Assembly (NCBI GenBank): GCA_963666205.1 | Contig: OY762654.1 | Coordinates: forward strand, 1,344,001-1,408,000 | DNA: 64,000 bases | DNA from: Synergistales bacterium | GTDB lineage: Bacteria > Synergistota > Synergistia > Synergistales > JAFGMB01 | Reading direction: 5' to 3' | Part shown: positions 1 to 10,234 of the stretch, one piece after another | Position numbering within the stretch: the first letter of the stretch is position 1 | How the letters are laid out: every line of letters begins with the position of its first letter | Made by a program: the position numbers and the translations under genes | Notes under the pieces: model-generated | Told to the model about the DNA's origin: nothing | Database searches by the model: none | Seen by the model: only the letters and a program-made list of their open reading frames with translations

Positions 1-92
1 GGCAGGATAGCCTCGAAAAAAGAAATGTGACCCTTCGCTATCTGGTTGAACTCATCACTGATCTCCTGAAATTTTTCCCTGATAATTCCCAT
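1..92 (-). CDS. 5' part of a gene running off the window start (possibly a DUF3159-like membrane protein)
   Basis: ATG at 92 with GAGG upstream; open frame MGIIREKFQEISDEFNQIAKGHISFFEAIL to the window edge; family call from memory only. Confidence 0.35.
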   Translation of the reverse strand, partial: MGIIREKFQEISDEFNQIAKGHISFFEAIL

Positions 93-160
93 TTTGAAGG
101 CCTCACATTTTCAACTGAAGGGTAAACCTCTCAAGTAAAACAGGCTTACATGAAAAAATG

Positions 161-191
161 AAAACCGGGGCGACAGGAACAGCCCCGGTTT
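161..191 (-). terminator. Intrinsic terminator after tpx
   Basis: AAACCGGGGC...GCCCCGGTTT hairpin 10 bp past the tpx stop, with a T-tract on the minus strand. Confidence 0.7.
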
Positions 192-201
192 GATATTGAG
201 A

Positions 202-723
202 TCAGACCTTATCTGTTATTTTCTCAAGAGCCTGCATGGCCTTTTCGTAATCAGGTTCCTGGGTAACTTCAGACACGATCTGGATATAACGGATAACATC
301 CTCTTTATCGACAATGAACACTGCCCTGGCAAGTAGCCTGAGCTCCTTGATCAGAACTCCCCAGTTCAGCCCGAATGATGCATCCCTGTGGTCAGAAAGG
401 GCAACTGCCCTTTCTATTCCCTTGGTTGAGCAGAAACGACTGAGAGCGAAGGGCAGATCCATGGAAATATTCAGAACATCCACATCACCAGGCATATTGG
501 CAGCATCTTCGTTGAACCAGTGGATCTGAAGATCGCATACAGGGGTATCAAGGGAAGGCGTAACTGAAATAACCTTAATGTGATCAGCAAAATCCTTCAG
601 AGTTTTAGGATTCAGCCCCTGATCCATGACAGCAAAATCCGGAGCCTTGTCGCCCACTGAAAGGGATGGTCCCACAAGAGTGAGGGGATTCCCCTTCATA
701 GTAACTATTCCTGTTCTTTCCAT
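202..723 (-). CDS. tpx: Thiol peroxidase (atypical 2-Cys peroxiredoxin)
   Basis: PSLDTPVC, ISMDLPFA..RFC and LLARAVF motifs; 173 aa. Confidence 0.93.
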   Translation of the reverse strand: MERTGIVTMKGNPLTLVGPSLSVGDKAPDFAVMDQGLNPKTLKDFADHIKVISVTPSLDTPVCDLQIHWFNEDAANMPGDVDVLNISMDLPFALSRFCSTKGIERAVALSDHRDASFGLNWGVLIKELRLLARAVFIVDKEDVIRYIQIVSEVTQEPDYEKAMQALEKITDKV

Positions 724-872
724 ATTATCGTCACCTCACGATACATTATAGATGTATATTTATTGTATCACAGAAATGACGGGTTCACTCTTCAACATAG
801 GGCCTCCGCAAAACAGGAGTGCTACAGTACGGCCCCCCGGGAAGATCTGTTACCCCTTTATCGACATCCCGA

Positions 873-1517
873 TTACATGGCTTTCAGGCTCTGCAGAGTT
901 GCACCAAGGGTTTCATGTTTTACCAGGGTTGTTTTGAACTTCAGAAGAGAAAAAACAGCCTGGATACAGAAACTGATCCCGAAGGCTGCTATAACCGTTC
1001 CGAATCCCACCGGTCCGCCGAGGAGCCAGCCGATAAAAACAGCAGATCCCTCAATTATTCCCCTGGAGATACCCACAGCCAGACCGGTTTTCCGCTCTAT
1101 GGCCACCATGAGACTATCCCGGGGGCCAGCCCCGAAGCCCGAACCTATGTAAAAATAGGAAGCAAAGGATATTATAAAAAGCCCGAGGAACATCATAATA
1201 ATTCCTGATATAAAACCGCTCATCCGGGGTATGACATTAGATTCCAGGATCCAGTCCATGAAGATCCCTATGAGAAACATATTAAGGATGGTTCCCAGAC
1301 CAAGCTTCTCCCCGGAAAGGAAAACAAGGATACAAATCACAAATCCCGTAAGGATGCTGACCTTGCCGATGGACAAACCTATGGTCAGGGAAACACCCTG
1401 GTGAAATACCTCCCATGGTGCAAAACCAAGATGGGCTTTCATGGTAATGACTATACCAAGAGCATATAAAAACAAGCCGAATATAAGCTTGCTCATCCGC
1501 TTACAAAAGCTTTTCAT
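873..1517 (-). CDS. YczE/YyaS/YitT-family membrane protein
   Basis: LGFAPWEVFHQG, GAGPRDSLM, GGPVGFGT motifs; hydrophobic, 214 aa. Confidence 0.85.
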   Translation of the reverse strand: MKSFCKRMSKLIFGLFLYALGIVITMKAHLGFAPWEVFHQGVSLTIGLSIGKVSILTGFVICILVFLSGEKLGLGTILNMFLIGIFMDWILESNVIPRMSGFISGIIMMFLGLFIISFASYFYIGSGFGAGPRDSLMVAIERKTGLAVGISRGIIEGSAVFIGWLLGGPVGFGTVIAAFGISFCIQAVFSLLKFKTTLVKHETLGATLQSLKAM

Positions 1518-1618
1518 TAAAAAACTCCTCCATTGAAGAGATCAGGAAAATAACTGCAGATAATAATGTATATCTACATATGATAACTTACATTCATACA
1601 TAAAAATAGCTGTTTATC

Positions 1619-3379
1619 TCACATGGCATGTATGGGCATGCACCTGAGGAGAGCAACAGATGGGGAAGGCAGAAACAGTTCATTTCCCCGGATCTCACAT
1701 CCGGGATCAGAAGCAAGAAGCAGATCAGGACATGGATCTTCCAGAGGATGGATAAGATTTACTTTATAACTGAAGTTGAAAACCAGCAGGATCCGCCCTC
1801 TCTGGAAGGAAAACCACTTTTTCTCCTCCGAAAAATGCACATGGACCCCGTCAAGGCTTCCATCATGCAGTTCGGGAAATTTCTTCCTTAGAGCTACAAG
1901 TTCCCTGTACCATTCAAGCACTTTGCCATGCTCCTCTTCGGAGAGCTCCTTCCATTTCAATCTTGAACGCAGGAAGGTATTCAGATCCTGGGGGTCTGGA
2001 ATATCCTCTTCTTTCCATCCAAAGGAAAGGAACTCTCTCCTTCTTCCCGAAGTAACGGCTTTACCCAGTTCCGGATCTCCATGGGAAGTGAAGTACTGAA
2101 AAGGGGTTTCTGCTGCCCATTCTTCCCCCTGAAATAACATTGGGATGAAGGGAGAACAGATATACAGTGCCGCTGCACACATCGACATCCCTTTCCCGAC
2201 AAGATGATCAAGCCTCTCTCCCCTGGCCCGGTTACCAACCTGATCATGATCCTGGATAAACCCCACAAGCCTGTCTCCCCTTATTTCCACAGAGGATCTA
2301 CCATGTCTCCTCTTTCTGAAAGAGGAGTATTTCCCATCCCATACATATCCCTTTTTGAGTGCCTTTGCGATATCCTCGAGTTTCCCGAAGTCCTGATAAT
2401 ATCCGGTTCTCTCTCCTGTAAGAAAAGCATGTACCGAATGATGAAGGTCGTCGCACCACTGGGCGTGAATACCGTAGCCTCCCCTTTCCCCTGGAGTTAT
2501 TATGCGGGGATCGTTAAGATCACTTTCGGCGATCACGTATTTCTTCCTTCCGTTATCACGGGAAAGCTGATCCACTTCTGAAGAAAGTTCCTCCAGAAAA
2601 TGAAGGGCAGACATATCAAAAATAGAGTGGACCGCGTCGATACGGAGAACATCAAAGTGGTAATCCCTGAGCCACATTATGGCATTATCAATAAAGAACC
2701 TGCGGACTTCATCGCTGCCCGGTCCGTCAAAATTGATGGCAGAACCCCAGGGTGTAGTGTATTTTTCAGTAAAATATGGTCCATAATGACCAAGATAATT
2801 CCCCTCTGGGCCGAGATGGTTATAGACCACATCAAGGATCATGGAAAACCCTCTCCTGTGGCATTCGTCAACCAGCATCTTCAGCCCATCCGGGCCTCCA
2901 TAGCACTCCATGGGAGCAAAAGGATATACCCCATCATATCCCCATCCCCTGTCCCCTGAAAAGGAATTTACCGGCATAAGCTCTATGTGTGTAATGCCAA
3001 GGACCTGAAGATGATCCAGATGTCCTGTTATTCCCTTGAAGGTTCCTTCCTCGCTGAAAGTACCCGTATGAAGTTCATATATAACTGCAGACCCCAGTTC
3101 ATGAGGCTGCCACGTTCTATCTCTCCACTGAAAAAGGGAATGCTCAACATACCTGGAGTAACCATGAACACCATAGGGCTGCCAGCCGGACCTGGGATCG
3201 GGAAGGGGATCTTTCCCGTCAATGGAGAACTTGTAATCCAGGCCATGTTGGATATGCTCTGAAAAGCAGACCCACCATCCTCCTGTCTGGCGGCTCATCT
3301 CCACCCTGAGATCCCTGGTCACAAGTTGAACAGATCCGGCCGCTGGAGCCCATACCCTGATCCCGTTCATATGATCCAC
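1619..3379 (-). CDS. treZ: Malto-oligosyltrehalose trehalohydrolase (GH13)
   Basis: VWAP, DPRS..QP.GVHG, WGYDGV, DVVYNHLGPEG, RIDAVH, HDQVGNRARGERL. Confidence 0.93.
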   Translation of the reverse strand: MDHMNGIRVWAPAAGSVQLVTRDLRVEMSRQTGGWWVCFSEHIQHGLDYKFSIDGKDPLPDPRSGWQPYGVHGYSRYVEHSLFQWRDRTWQPHELGSAVIYELHTGTFSEEGTFKGITGHLDHLQVLGITHIELMPVNSFSGDRGWGYDGVYPFAPMECYGGPDGLKMLVDECHRRGFSMILDVVYNHLGPEGNYLGHYGPYFTEKYTTPWGSAINFDGPGSDEVRRFFIDNAIMWLRDYHFDVLRIDAVHSIFDMSALHFLEELSSEVDQLSRDNGRKKYVIAESDLNDPRIITPGERGGYGIHAQWCDDLHHSVHAFLTGERTGYYQDFGKLEDIAKALKKGYVWDGKYSSFRKRRHGRSSVEIRGDRLVGFIQDHDQVGNRARGERLDHLVGKGMSMCAAALYICSPFIPMLFQGEEWAAETPFQYFTSHGDPELGKAVTSGRRREFLSFGWKEEDIPDPQDLNTFLRSRLKWKELSEEEHGKVLEWYRELVALRKKFPELHDGSLDGVHVHFSEEKKWFSFQRGRILLVFNFSYKVNLIHPLEDPCPDLLLASDPGCEIRGNELFLPSPSVALLRCMPIHAM

Positions 3380-3386
3380 ACCGTCC

Positions 3387-6035
3387 TCAGATCCTGTACA
3401 GGAGGGCCACAGGAAAAATCTTCAGCATATCCTCCACCCTTATCCTGTTTCCCGAAAATTCTTCTCCCGTAAAGAGGTTTTTCCATTTCCCCTCCGGAAC
3501 ATTGAGAAAGGTTTCACCCCAAGAACTGCCCAGTTTCAGGGGAAGCCTGGGAACCATCACCATACAGTTTTCCCCCCTCAGATAAGACACGAGATGTTTC
3601 CCTTTCTCTCCGGATGGATGAAGGGTACCATAGCTTGAACCAGGCTTGAACGATCCGGGATTTCCCCTCCTGAAATCGAGGGTTTTCATGATAAGCCACA
3701 TTTTACTCAAGCCTGCATCATCTGTGCTTAAAACAGGCGGAACATCAAGATCCATGGCTTCTTTCTGCAATTCAGTGAGTCTGTTGTAATCCACCCCTCT
3801 TCTGTTATCGGGATCCACAAGGGAGAAATTCCAGATCTCACAGCCCTGGAAAATGTCCGCAACCCCGGGAAGGGTCAGCTTGAGAAGGGTCAGAGAAAGA
3901 GAGTTGATCCTTCCCGGCACAATAAGCATCTCCAGAAGATTTTCAAGATCCCTGATAAATGGGGTGTTTGAAAGTATTCCCCTTGTAAAATTGCCCAGCT
4001 TATCCTCATATTCTTTATTGACCCTGTTCCATGAAGTATATTCCTTGGCCTCTCTGGCAGCTTTCTCCAGATAGGACAACAGTCTCTGCTGCGAGACAGG
4101 CCAGATACCCACCAGGGTCTGGTAAAGGAAATATTCCATGTTCCTGTCAGGTTCAGCCTCATTCCAGAAAGGACTGTTCATGGATCTCCATGCCGTAACT
4201 CTCTTCTTCCATTCCCTGGGTACCTCTGAGAGAAGGGCTATCCTGCATCTGACATCCTCACTCCGCTTGGTGTCATGAGTAGAAGTTGCAAGAAGGCTCA
4301 ATGGACAGGAAAGGGCCTTCCAGGCCATCTGGGAATGAAACTCTTTCAGGGATGTTCCAAAATCAGAAGGACTGCCTCCCACTTCGTTCAGACATATGAG
4401 AGGGTTATAACAGTAGAAAAGGGTATCTTCTACTCCCTTTGCCATTACCGGCCCCGTAAGCTGCTGAAATCTGGCCACAAATTCAGTCTCCATAGCCCCA
4501 CTTTTTTTCAGAAGCAGAATGTCCTGGATAAACCTGAGCAGATCCGGGTCAATATCTGGAAAATGAATTACTGCATTTCCGGCAGCTCTTCGAATGACCT
4601 TTATGTCATCTCTCCCCGGCCGTCCCCTTTCGGGAGAAACATAGGTCCTGTAGACATCCATTGATGTAATAAGGGCTTTAAGGGTAAAGGTTATTTCTGA
4701 CCTTGTATAATCACGATATGTCCTGTAGTAACTGCAGATATCGAGGAACATCTGGGTCAGGCGGTTGATGTCACTCCCGAAAAGCTCATTCAGGACAAGC
4801 ATCTTCTTCTCTATGATAATCGTCTCAGGAGTTTTCTCATTTCCCACAAATCTGTCGTAGAACCTGATCAGGCTTCTCTGGGCAGAAGGATCAACGAAAA
4901 GACCTCCCGCCAGGTTAAGAAAGTCGTATCCCGTAGTACCATGGACAGGCCAGCTTTTTCTCAGTTTTTCCCCGGGTAACAGTATCTTCTCAGCTAATAT
5001 CCAGGACCCGGGAGCTTCCTCTGTTATCCTGGAAAAATAACCTTCCGGATCCCTCATTCCATCAGGGTGATCCACCCTGATACCTTCAACTGCTCCATCT
5101 TTCAGCCATCCAAGGACAAGAGCGTGGGTTTCCCTGAATACCCTTTCTTCCTCCACCCTCAGGCCGACAAGGCTGTTGATATCGAAGAACCTTCTGTAGG
5201 CCAGATCTTCCCTGGCCTTGCGCCAGAAAGACAGCCTGTAGTTCTGTGCTCCCAGGATCTCGTCAAGACCATCGGTATCTGAATTTACAGCTTCTATAAC
5301 CCTGTCCGCAATATCCTTCAGATCCGCTTCCTCCTTGAAAAGGCGGGAAATACCTTCTTTGATGACCCTGATGTTCCGGTGACGGAGGCTGGTGGATTCA
5401 TGATCGGTCATACATGGAAGGGGAAGGTTCTCTATGGAATGGGCAAGGAAAAGAATTTCGGAATGACCCGCTTCTTTCCCTATCCTTTCAAGAAGTCCCG
5501 ATATTGATCTTGGAGACATCGGGAAAACCCTGTCCCGGTAACATATGTGGAAGTCTGATCCCTCTCTTGTCAATGAGATCAGCCCTTTTTCAAGGACTCT
5601 TCCATAATGGTCCTCCAGGACTGGAAGAAGTATTTTATTTTTCATTGAACTTTCCGGAGGTTCCCAGTCAACATCAAAAAAAGCCGCATATGGGCTGGAG
5701 GGTCCGTTCTCCAGAACGTCCCACCACCATCTGTTCTCCGGTCCGGAAATTGCCATATGGTTAGGAACAACATCAACAAGGTTTTTAAGCCCGTTCTCCC
5801 GCAGGGCACGTATGAATTCCCTGTGCCCCTTTTCTCCGCCCAGTTCCTCATTGATCCGGAGAGGATCTGTCACATCATAGCCATGAGTACTGCCCGGAGA
5901 AGCCTGCAGATAGGGAGAAGTGTAGAGATGGCTTATTCCAAGACGGACAAAATAGGGCATGAGAAGGGTTAAATCTATGAAACCGAATGAAGGAGTCATC
6001 TGGATCCTGTAGGTGCAAACCGGCAGATCTCTCAT
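3387..6035 (-). CDS. treY: Malto-oligosyltrehalose synthase (GH13)
   Basis: TYRIQ, GSTHGYDV, VPNHM, YRRFFDIN, RVDHPDG, QQLTGPVMAKGVEDT, STHDTKRSED. Confidence 0.95.
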   Translation of the reverse strand: MRDLPVCTYRIQMTPSFGFIDLTLLMPYFVRLGISHLYTSPYLQASPGSTHGYDVTDPLRINEELGGEKGHREFIRALRENGLKNLVDVVPNHMAISGPENRWWWDVLENGPSSPYAAFFDVDWEPPESSMKNKILLPVLEDHYGRVLEKGLISLTREGSDFHICYRDRVFPMSPRSISGLLERIGKEAGHSEILFLAHSIENLPLPCMTDHESTSLRHRNIRVIKEGISRLFKEEADLKDIADRVIEAVNSDTDGLDEILGAQNYRLSFWRKAREDLAYRRFFDINSLVGLRVEEERVFRETHALVLGWLKDGAVEGIRVDHPDGMRDPEGYFSRITEEAPGSWILAEKILLPGEKLRKSWPVHGTTGYDFLNLAGGLFVDPSAQRSLIRFYDRFVGNEKTPETIIIEKKMLVLNELFGSDINRLTQMFLDICSYYRTYRDYTRSEITFTLKALITSMDVYRTYVSPERGRPGRDDIKVIRRAAGNAVIHFPDIDPDLLRFIQDILLLKKSGAMETEFVARFQQLTGPVMAKGVEDTLFYCYNPLICLNEVGGSPSDFGTSLKEFHSQMAWKALSCPLSLLATSTHDTKRSEDVRCRIALLSEVPREWKKRVTAWRSMNSPFWNEAEPDRNMEYFLYQTLVGIWPVSQQRLLSYLEKAAREAKEYTSWNRVNKEYEDKLGNFTRGILSNTPFIRDLENLLEMLIVPGRINSLSLTLLKLTLPGVADIFQGCEIWNFSLVDPDNRRGVDYNRLTELQKEAMDLDVPPVLSTDDAGLSKMWLIMKTLDFRRGNPGSFKPGSSYGTLHPSGEKGKHLVSYLRGENCMVMVPRLPLKLGSSWGETFLNVPEGKWKNLFTGEEFSGNRIRVEDMLKIFPVALLYRI

Positions 6036-8149
6036 TTCTCATCATCTCTTATGTGTTGCAGCACCACGAGAGACTTTCCTCCCATCATCAGATTTTGGCC
6101 CGCCTCCATTTCTGCGGGGGGATCGATGAAAGAATCTACTGCTGTATCAAGAACTTTACTCCATGACAGCCCCCATTTTTCCTCGGGAAGGGTTAAATTC
6201 ACGGATTCGTTACTGGCATTTACCAGGATCAGGAAAGAATCATCCCGTACAGGCATTCCCCTGGAATCCCGGCTTGGTATGGCTTCACCGTTAAGAAAGA
6301 TAGTCATACTCCTGGTATGTCCAGTATTCCAGTCATCCTCTGTCATTCTCTTGCCGTCAGAGTTGAACCAGCCAATATCTCCAAGCTCATTGCCTTTCTT
6401 GGACCTGCCCTGGAACCATTTTTTCCTCTGGAAAACAAGATGCTCTCTCCTGAAGAAGATCAGATTTTTCGTGAAGGAGATGAGGGCATCATCCACCCTT
6501 TCCCAGTCAAACCACGAAATTTCGTTATCCTGGCAGTAGCAATTATTGTTCCCCTTCTGTGTACGCCCCAGTTCATCTCCGCCAAGGAGCATGGGAATGC
6601 CCTGCGAGAGCATCAGGGTGGCAAGGAAATTCCGTTTCTGCCTTTTCCTCAGGGAAAGAACCTGTCCATCCTCCGTTGGACCTTCCAAACCACAGTTCCA
6701 GGACCTGTTATGGTCCTCACCGTCCCTGTTCTCCTCCCCATTGGCCTCATTGTGTTTTTTATTGTAGGAAACCAGGTCTTCCAGTGTGAAACCATCGTGG
6801 GCAGTTATGAAGTTCACGCTTGCGAAGGGCTTTCTGCAGGAGTTTTCGTATAGATCGGGACTTCCTGTGAATCTGGAGGCAAATTCCCCTATCATCTGTT
6901 CTTCTCCCCTCCAGAAATCCCTCATACAATCCCGGTATTTCCCGTTCCATTCGGACCACAAGGGTGGAAAATTACCCACCTGATAGCCGCCCTCTCCGAT
7001 ATCCCATGGTTCAGCAATAAGTTTCACCTGGCTTATTACTGGATCCTGCTGAATGATATCGAAGAAAGAGGAAAGTTTATCTACATCATAAAGTTCCCTG
7101 GCCAATGTGGAAGCGAGATCGAAACGGAAACCGTCCACATGCATCTCATTGATCCAGTACCGGAGAGAATCCATTATGAGCTGCAGCACATGAGGGTGCC
7201 TGGCGTTGAGGGAATTTCCCGTTCCGGTATAATCCATGTAATAACGCTGATCCTCTTCTGTAAGCCTGTAGTAGGCAACATTGTCAATTCCCTTCATGGA
7301 CAGCATTGGACCCAGGTGATTACCCTCTGCAGTGTGGTTATATACTACATCCAGGATCACTTCGATACCCTCCCGATGCAGGACTCTTACCATCTCCTTG
7401 AATTCCCGGACCTCTCCTCCCCCGGGATCAAGGTTCGAATATTCATCATGAGGAGCCAGGTAACCGATGGAGTTATACCCCCAGTAGTTCCTCAGTCCCT
7501 TTTCCATAAGATAATTGTCATGGATGAATTGATGTATGGGCATAAGTTCGATGGAGGTGATCCCCAGGTCGTGAAAATGCCTTATCGAAACTGGATGCGC
7601 CAGAGCAGAATAAGTTCCCCTTATATTTTCGGGAATTTCCGGATTCCTGATTGAAAATCCCCGCACATGCAGTTCATAAATTATCGTTTCATTAAGAGGC
7701 ACTTTGGGGAAATGGTCATCTCCCCAGTCAAAATATGGATCTATCACTACGCTCCTGGGCATGAAGGGAAGGCTGTCCATATCATTCCTGCTTCCTTCAG
7801 TGTCCCTGAAAAAATAAGGGAATACTGCCTCATTCCACTGTACCCGACCCTCTATGGCCTTCGAATAAGGGTCGAGAAGGAACTTGGATGGATTGCAGAG
7901 ATGTCCATTTGTGGGGTCCCAGGGACCATGGACCCGGAAGCCATATCTCTGACCAGGACCTACGGAAGGTAGATAACCATGCCAGCAAAGAGCAGTATAT
8001 TCAGGAAGGTCTACGCAGGTCTGATGTCCTTCATCATTGATGAGACACAATTCCACTTTATCGGCAATCTCGGAGAAAAGAGAAAAATTGGTACCTGTTC
8101 CATCAAAAGTCGCACCCAGGGGAAAAGGTTTTCCTGGCCATATTTCCAT
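6032..8149 (-). CDS. glgX: Glycogen debranching enzyme (isoamylase)
   Basis: PLGAT, NYWGY, DVVYNHTAEG, DGFRFDLA, AEPWD, HDGFTL, TQKGNNNCYCQDN. Confidence 0.95.
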   Translation of the reverse strand: MEIWPGKPFPLGATFDGTGTNFSLFSEIADKVELCLINDEGHQTCVDLPEYTALCWHGYLPSVGPGQRYGFRVHGPWDPTNGHLCNPSKFLLDPYSKAIEGRVQWNEAVFPYFFRDTEGSRNDMDSLPFMPRSVVIDPYFDWGDDHFPKVPLNETIIYELHVRGFSIRNPEIPENIRGTYSALAHPVSIRHFHDLGITSIELMPIHQFIHDNYLMEKGLRNYWGYNSIGYLAPHDEYSNLDPGGGEVREFKEMVRVLHREGIEVILDVVYNHTAEGNHLGPMLSMKGIDNVAYYRLTEEDQRYYMDYTGTGNSLNARHPHVLQLIMDSLRYWINEMHVDGFRFDLASTLARELYDVDKLSSFFDIIQQDPVISQVKLIAEPWDIGEGGYQVGNFPPLWSEWNGKYRDCMRDFWRGEEQMIGEFASRFTGSPDLYENSCRKPFASVNFITAHDGFTLEDLVSYNKKHNEANGEENRDGEDHNRSWNCGLEGPTEDGQVLSLRKRQKRNFLATLMLSQGIPMLLGGDELGRTQKGNNNCYCQDNEISWFDWERVDDALISFTKNLIFFRREHLVFQRKKWFQGRSKKGNELGDIGWFNSDGKRMTEDDWNTGHTRSMTIFLNGEAIPSRDSRGMPVRDDSFLILVNASNESVNLTLPEEKWGLSWSKVLDTAVDSFIDPPAEMEAGQNLMMGGKSLVVLQHIRDDEK

Positions 8150-8272
8150 TCCTTACACCTCCAGACAAGAACAGGGTATCAATGCTGTATTGGGATTCCA
8201 GGCATATCCGCCTTCATCCAAACTATCCCGAGACCTGACTTCCATGGAAAAACAGAATCCAGGCACTTTACA

Positions 8273-10204
8273 TCAGGAACTATTTCTCCTGAAGAAGGTT
8301 ATGGAAAGAGGAGGAAGAGTCAGGGAAAGGGAATGACTTTTTCCGTGAAAGGGAACGGGTGAGGCTTCTCTACCTCCCATATTTCCCTGGCCACTCCCTC
8401 CGTAAACAGTCGAATCGCTGTTGAGTATCTCCTCCCACCATCCGCCGGAAGGTACACCAACCCTGTAATTATGCCTGGGAACCGGGGTAAAGTTACATAG
8501 GACCAGGATCGTCGGATCTGAGAGTCTTCCTTTGCGCAGAAAAGCCAGAACACTGTTCTCTACATCATCACAGCTGACCCATTCAAATCCTGAGGGATCA
8601 AAGTCCTTGCTGTAGAGAGCCGGGGTATTCCTGTAAAGACCGTTGATTTCCTTAACCCATCGTTTTATACCCTGGTGAGAAGGGTATTCCAGAAGATCCC
8701 AGTCCAGGCTCTGTTCGTGATCCCACTCTCTTCTCTGCCCCAGCTCGCCCCCCATGAAAAGGAGTTTCTTTCCGGGATAGGCCGTCATATATCCCAGGAA
8801 AAGGCGGAGGTTGGCAAATTTCTGCCAGTCGTCTCCCGGCATTTTCTCAAGGAGGGATCTCTTCCCATAAACGACCTCGTCGTGAGAAAAGGGGAGAAGG
8901 AAATTCTCGGAATAGGAATATATCATTCCGAAGGTAAGACGGTTATGATGGAATTTACGATGGACAGGATCTTTTGAGGCATAGTCAAGAACATCGTGCA
9001 TCCATCCCATATTCCACTTCATTCCGAAACCAAGCCCCCCTACGTGAACGGGCCGGGTGACCATGGGCCAGGATGTAGACTCTTCTGCAATAATCTGTAC
9101 ATCCGGGAATTCCCTGTAGATGGTCTCATTCAGTTTTTTCAGTAACGAAATGGCCTCGAGGTTTTCTCTACCCCCGAAGCGGTTCGGTATCCATTCCCCC
9201 TCATTCCTGGCATAATCCCGGTAAAGCATGGAAGCAACTCCATCGACCCTCAATCCATCAACATGAAACTTTTCCAGCCAGAAAACAGCACTGCTCAGAA
9301 GAAAAGCCCTTACCTCGTTACGGCCGTAGTTGAATATGCAGCTCCTCCATTCGGGATGAAAACCCTCTTTCGGGTCCTGATGTTCGTAGAGATGGGTCCC
9401 GTCGAAAAAAACCAGGCCATACTCATCGTTCGGGAAATGCGAGGGCACCCAGTCCAGGATCACCCCGATCCCCTCCTGATGAAGATGATCGACCAGAAAC
9501 ATCATATCCTGGGGAGTTCCGTATCGGCTTGACGGAGAAAAGTAACCCAGAGTCTGGTAACCCCATGAACCGTAAAAGGGATGCTCCATAACGGGAAGGA
9601 ACTCCACGTGAGTAAAATTCATCTCCTTAACGTACTCCGCCAGAAGGGGAGCCATCTCCCTGTAGGACAGGGGCCTTCCGCCCTCTTCCAGTACCCGTCT
9701 CCATGAACCTATATGCACCTCATAAATTGAAAGGGGCGAATCCATTGAGTTGGAAGCTCCTCTGCGGGACATCCATTCCCTGTCATGCCACTCATAGACA
9801 AGATCATGGATCACTGAAGCGGTCTTCGGAGCTGTTTCCCAGGCAAAGGCGAAAGGATCACCCTTGTCTACCCTGTACCGCTCCTGCCGTGAAACGATGT
9901 GGTACTTATACCTTTCTCCATCCGGAAGCCCCGGGATAAGGCCCTCCCATATGCCCGAGAGATCCTGCCTTGCCCTTAACGGGTAAATATCGGGTATCCA
10001 CGCGTTGAAATCCCCAACCACGGAGACTCTTTCCGCATTTGGTGCCCACACTGCAAAATAGACCCCTCCGGGATCACTCTCTTTCAGTATATGGGCCCCA
10101 AGCTTTTCAAAAAGGTGAGTATGGTTGCCCTCCCTGAAGAGGTAAATGTCCTCATCAGAAAAGAGGGTAAAATCGTAAAGGACCTGTTCCTTTTCTTTAT
10201 TCAT
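8273..10204 (-). CDS. glgB: 1,4-alpha-glucan branching enzyme
   Basis: FAVWAPNA, EHPFYGSWGYQ, DWVPSHFP, DGLRVDGVASMLY, AEESTSWP, SHDEVV. Confidence 0.95.
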   Translation of the reverse strand: MNKEKEQVLYDFTLFSDEDIYLFREGNHTHLFEKLGAHILKESDPGGVYFAVWAPNAERVSVVGDFNAWIPDIYPLRARQDLSGIWEGLIPGLPDGERYKYHIVSRQERYRVDKGDPFAFAWETAPKTASVIHDLVYEWHDREWMSRRGASNSMDSPLSIYEVHIGSWRRVLEEGGRPLSYREMAPLLAEYVKEMNFTHVEFLPVMEHPFYGSWGYQTLGYFSPSSRYGTPQDMMFLVDHLHQEGIGVILDWVPSHFPNDEYGLVFFDGTHLYEHQDPKEGFHPEWRSCIFNYGRNEVRAFLLSSAVFWLEKFHVDGLRVDGVASMLYRDYARNEGEWIPNRFGGRENLEAISLLKKLNETIYREFPDVQIIAEESTSWPMVTRPVHVGGLGFGMKWNMGWMHDVLDYASKDPVHRKFHHNRLTFGMIYSYSENFLLPFSHDEVVYGKRSLLEKMPGDDWQKFANLRLFLGYMTAYPGKKLLFMGGELGQRREWDHEQSLDWDLLEYPSHQGIKRWVKEINGLYRNTPALYSKDFDPSGFEWVSCDDVENSVLAFLRKGRLSDPTILVLCNFTPVPRHNYRVGVPSGGWWEEILNSDSTVYGGSGQGNMGGREASPVPFHGKSHSLSLTLPPLSITFFRRNSS

Positions 10205-10234
10205 AAGAATTCCTCCTGTGCCTCTTTTCTCTCA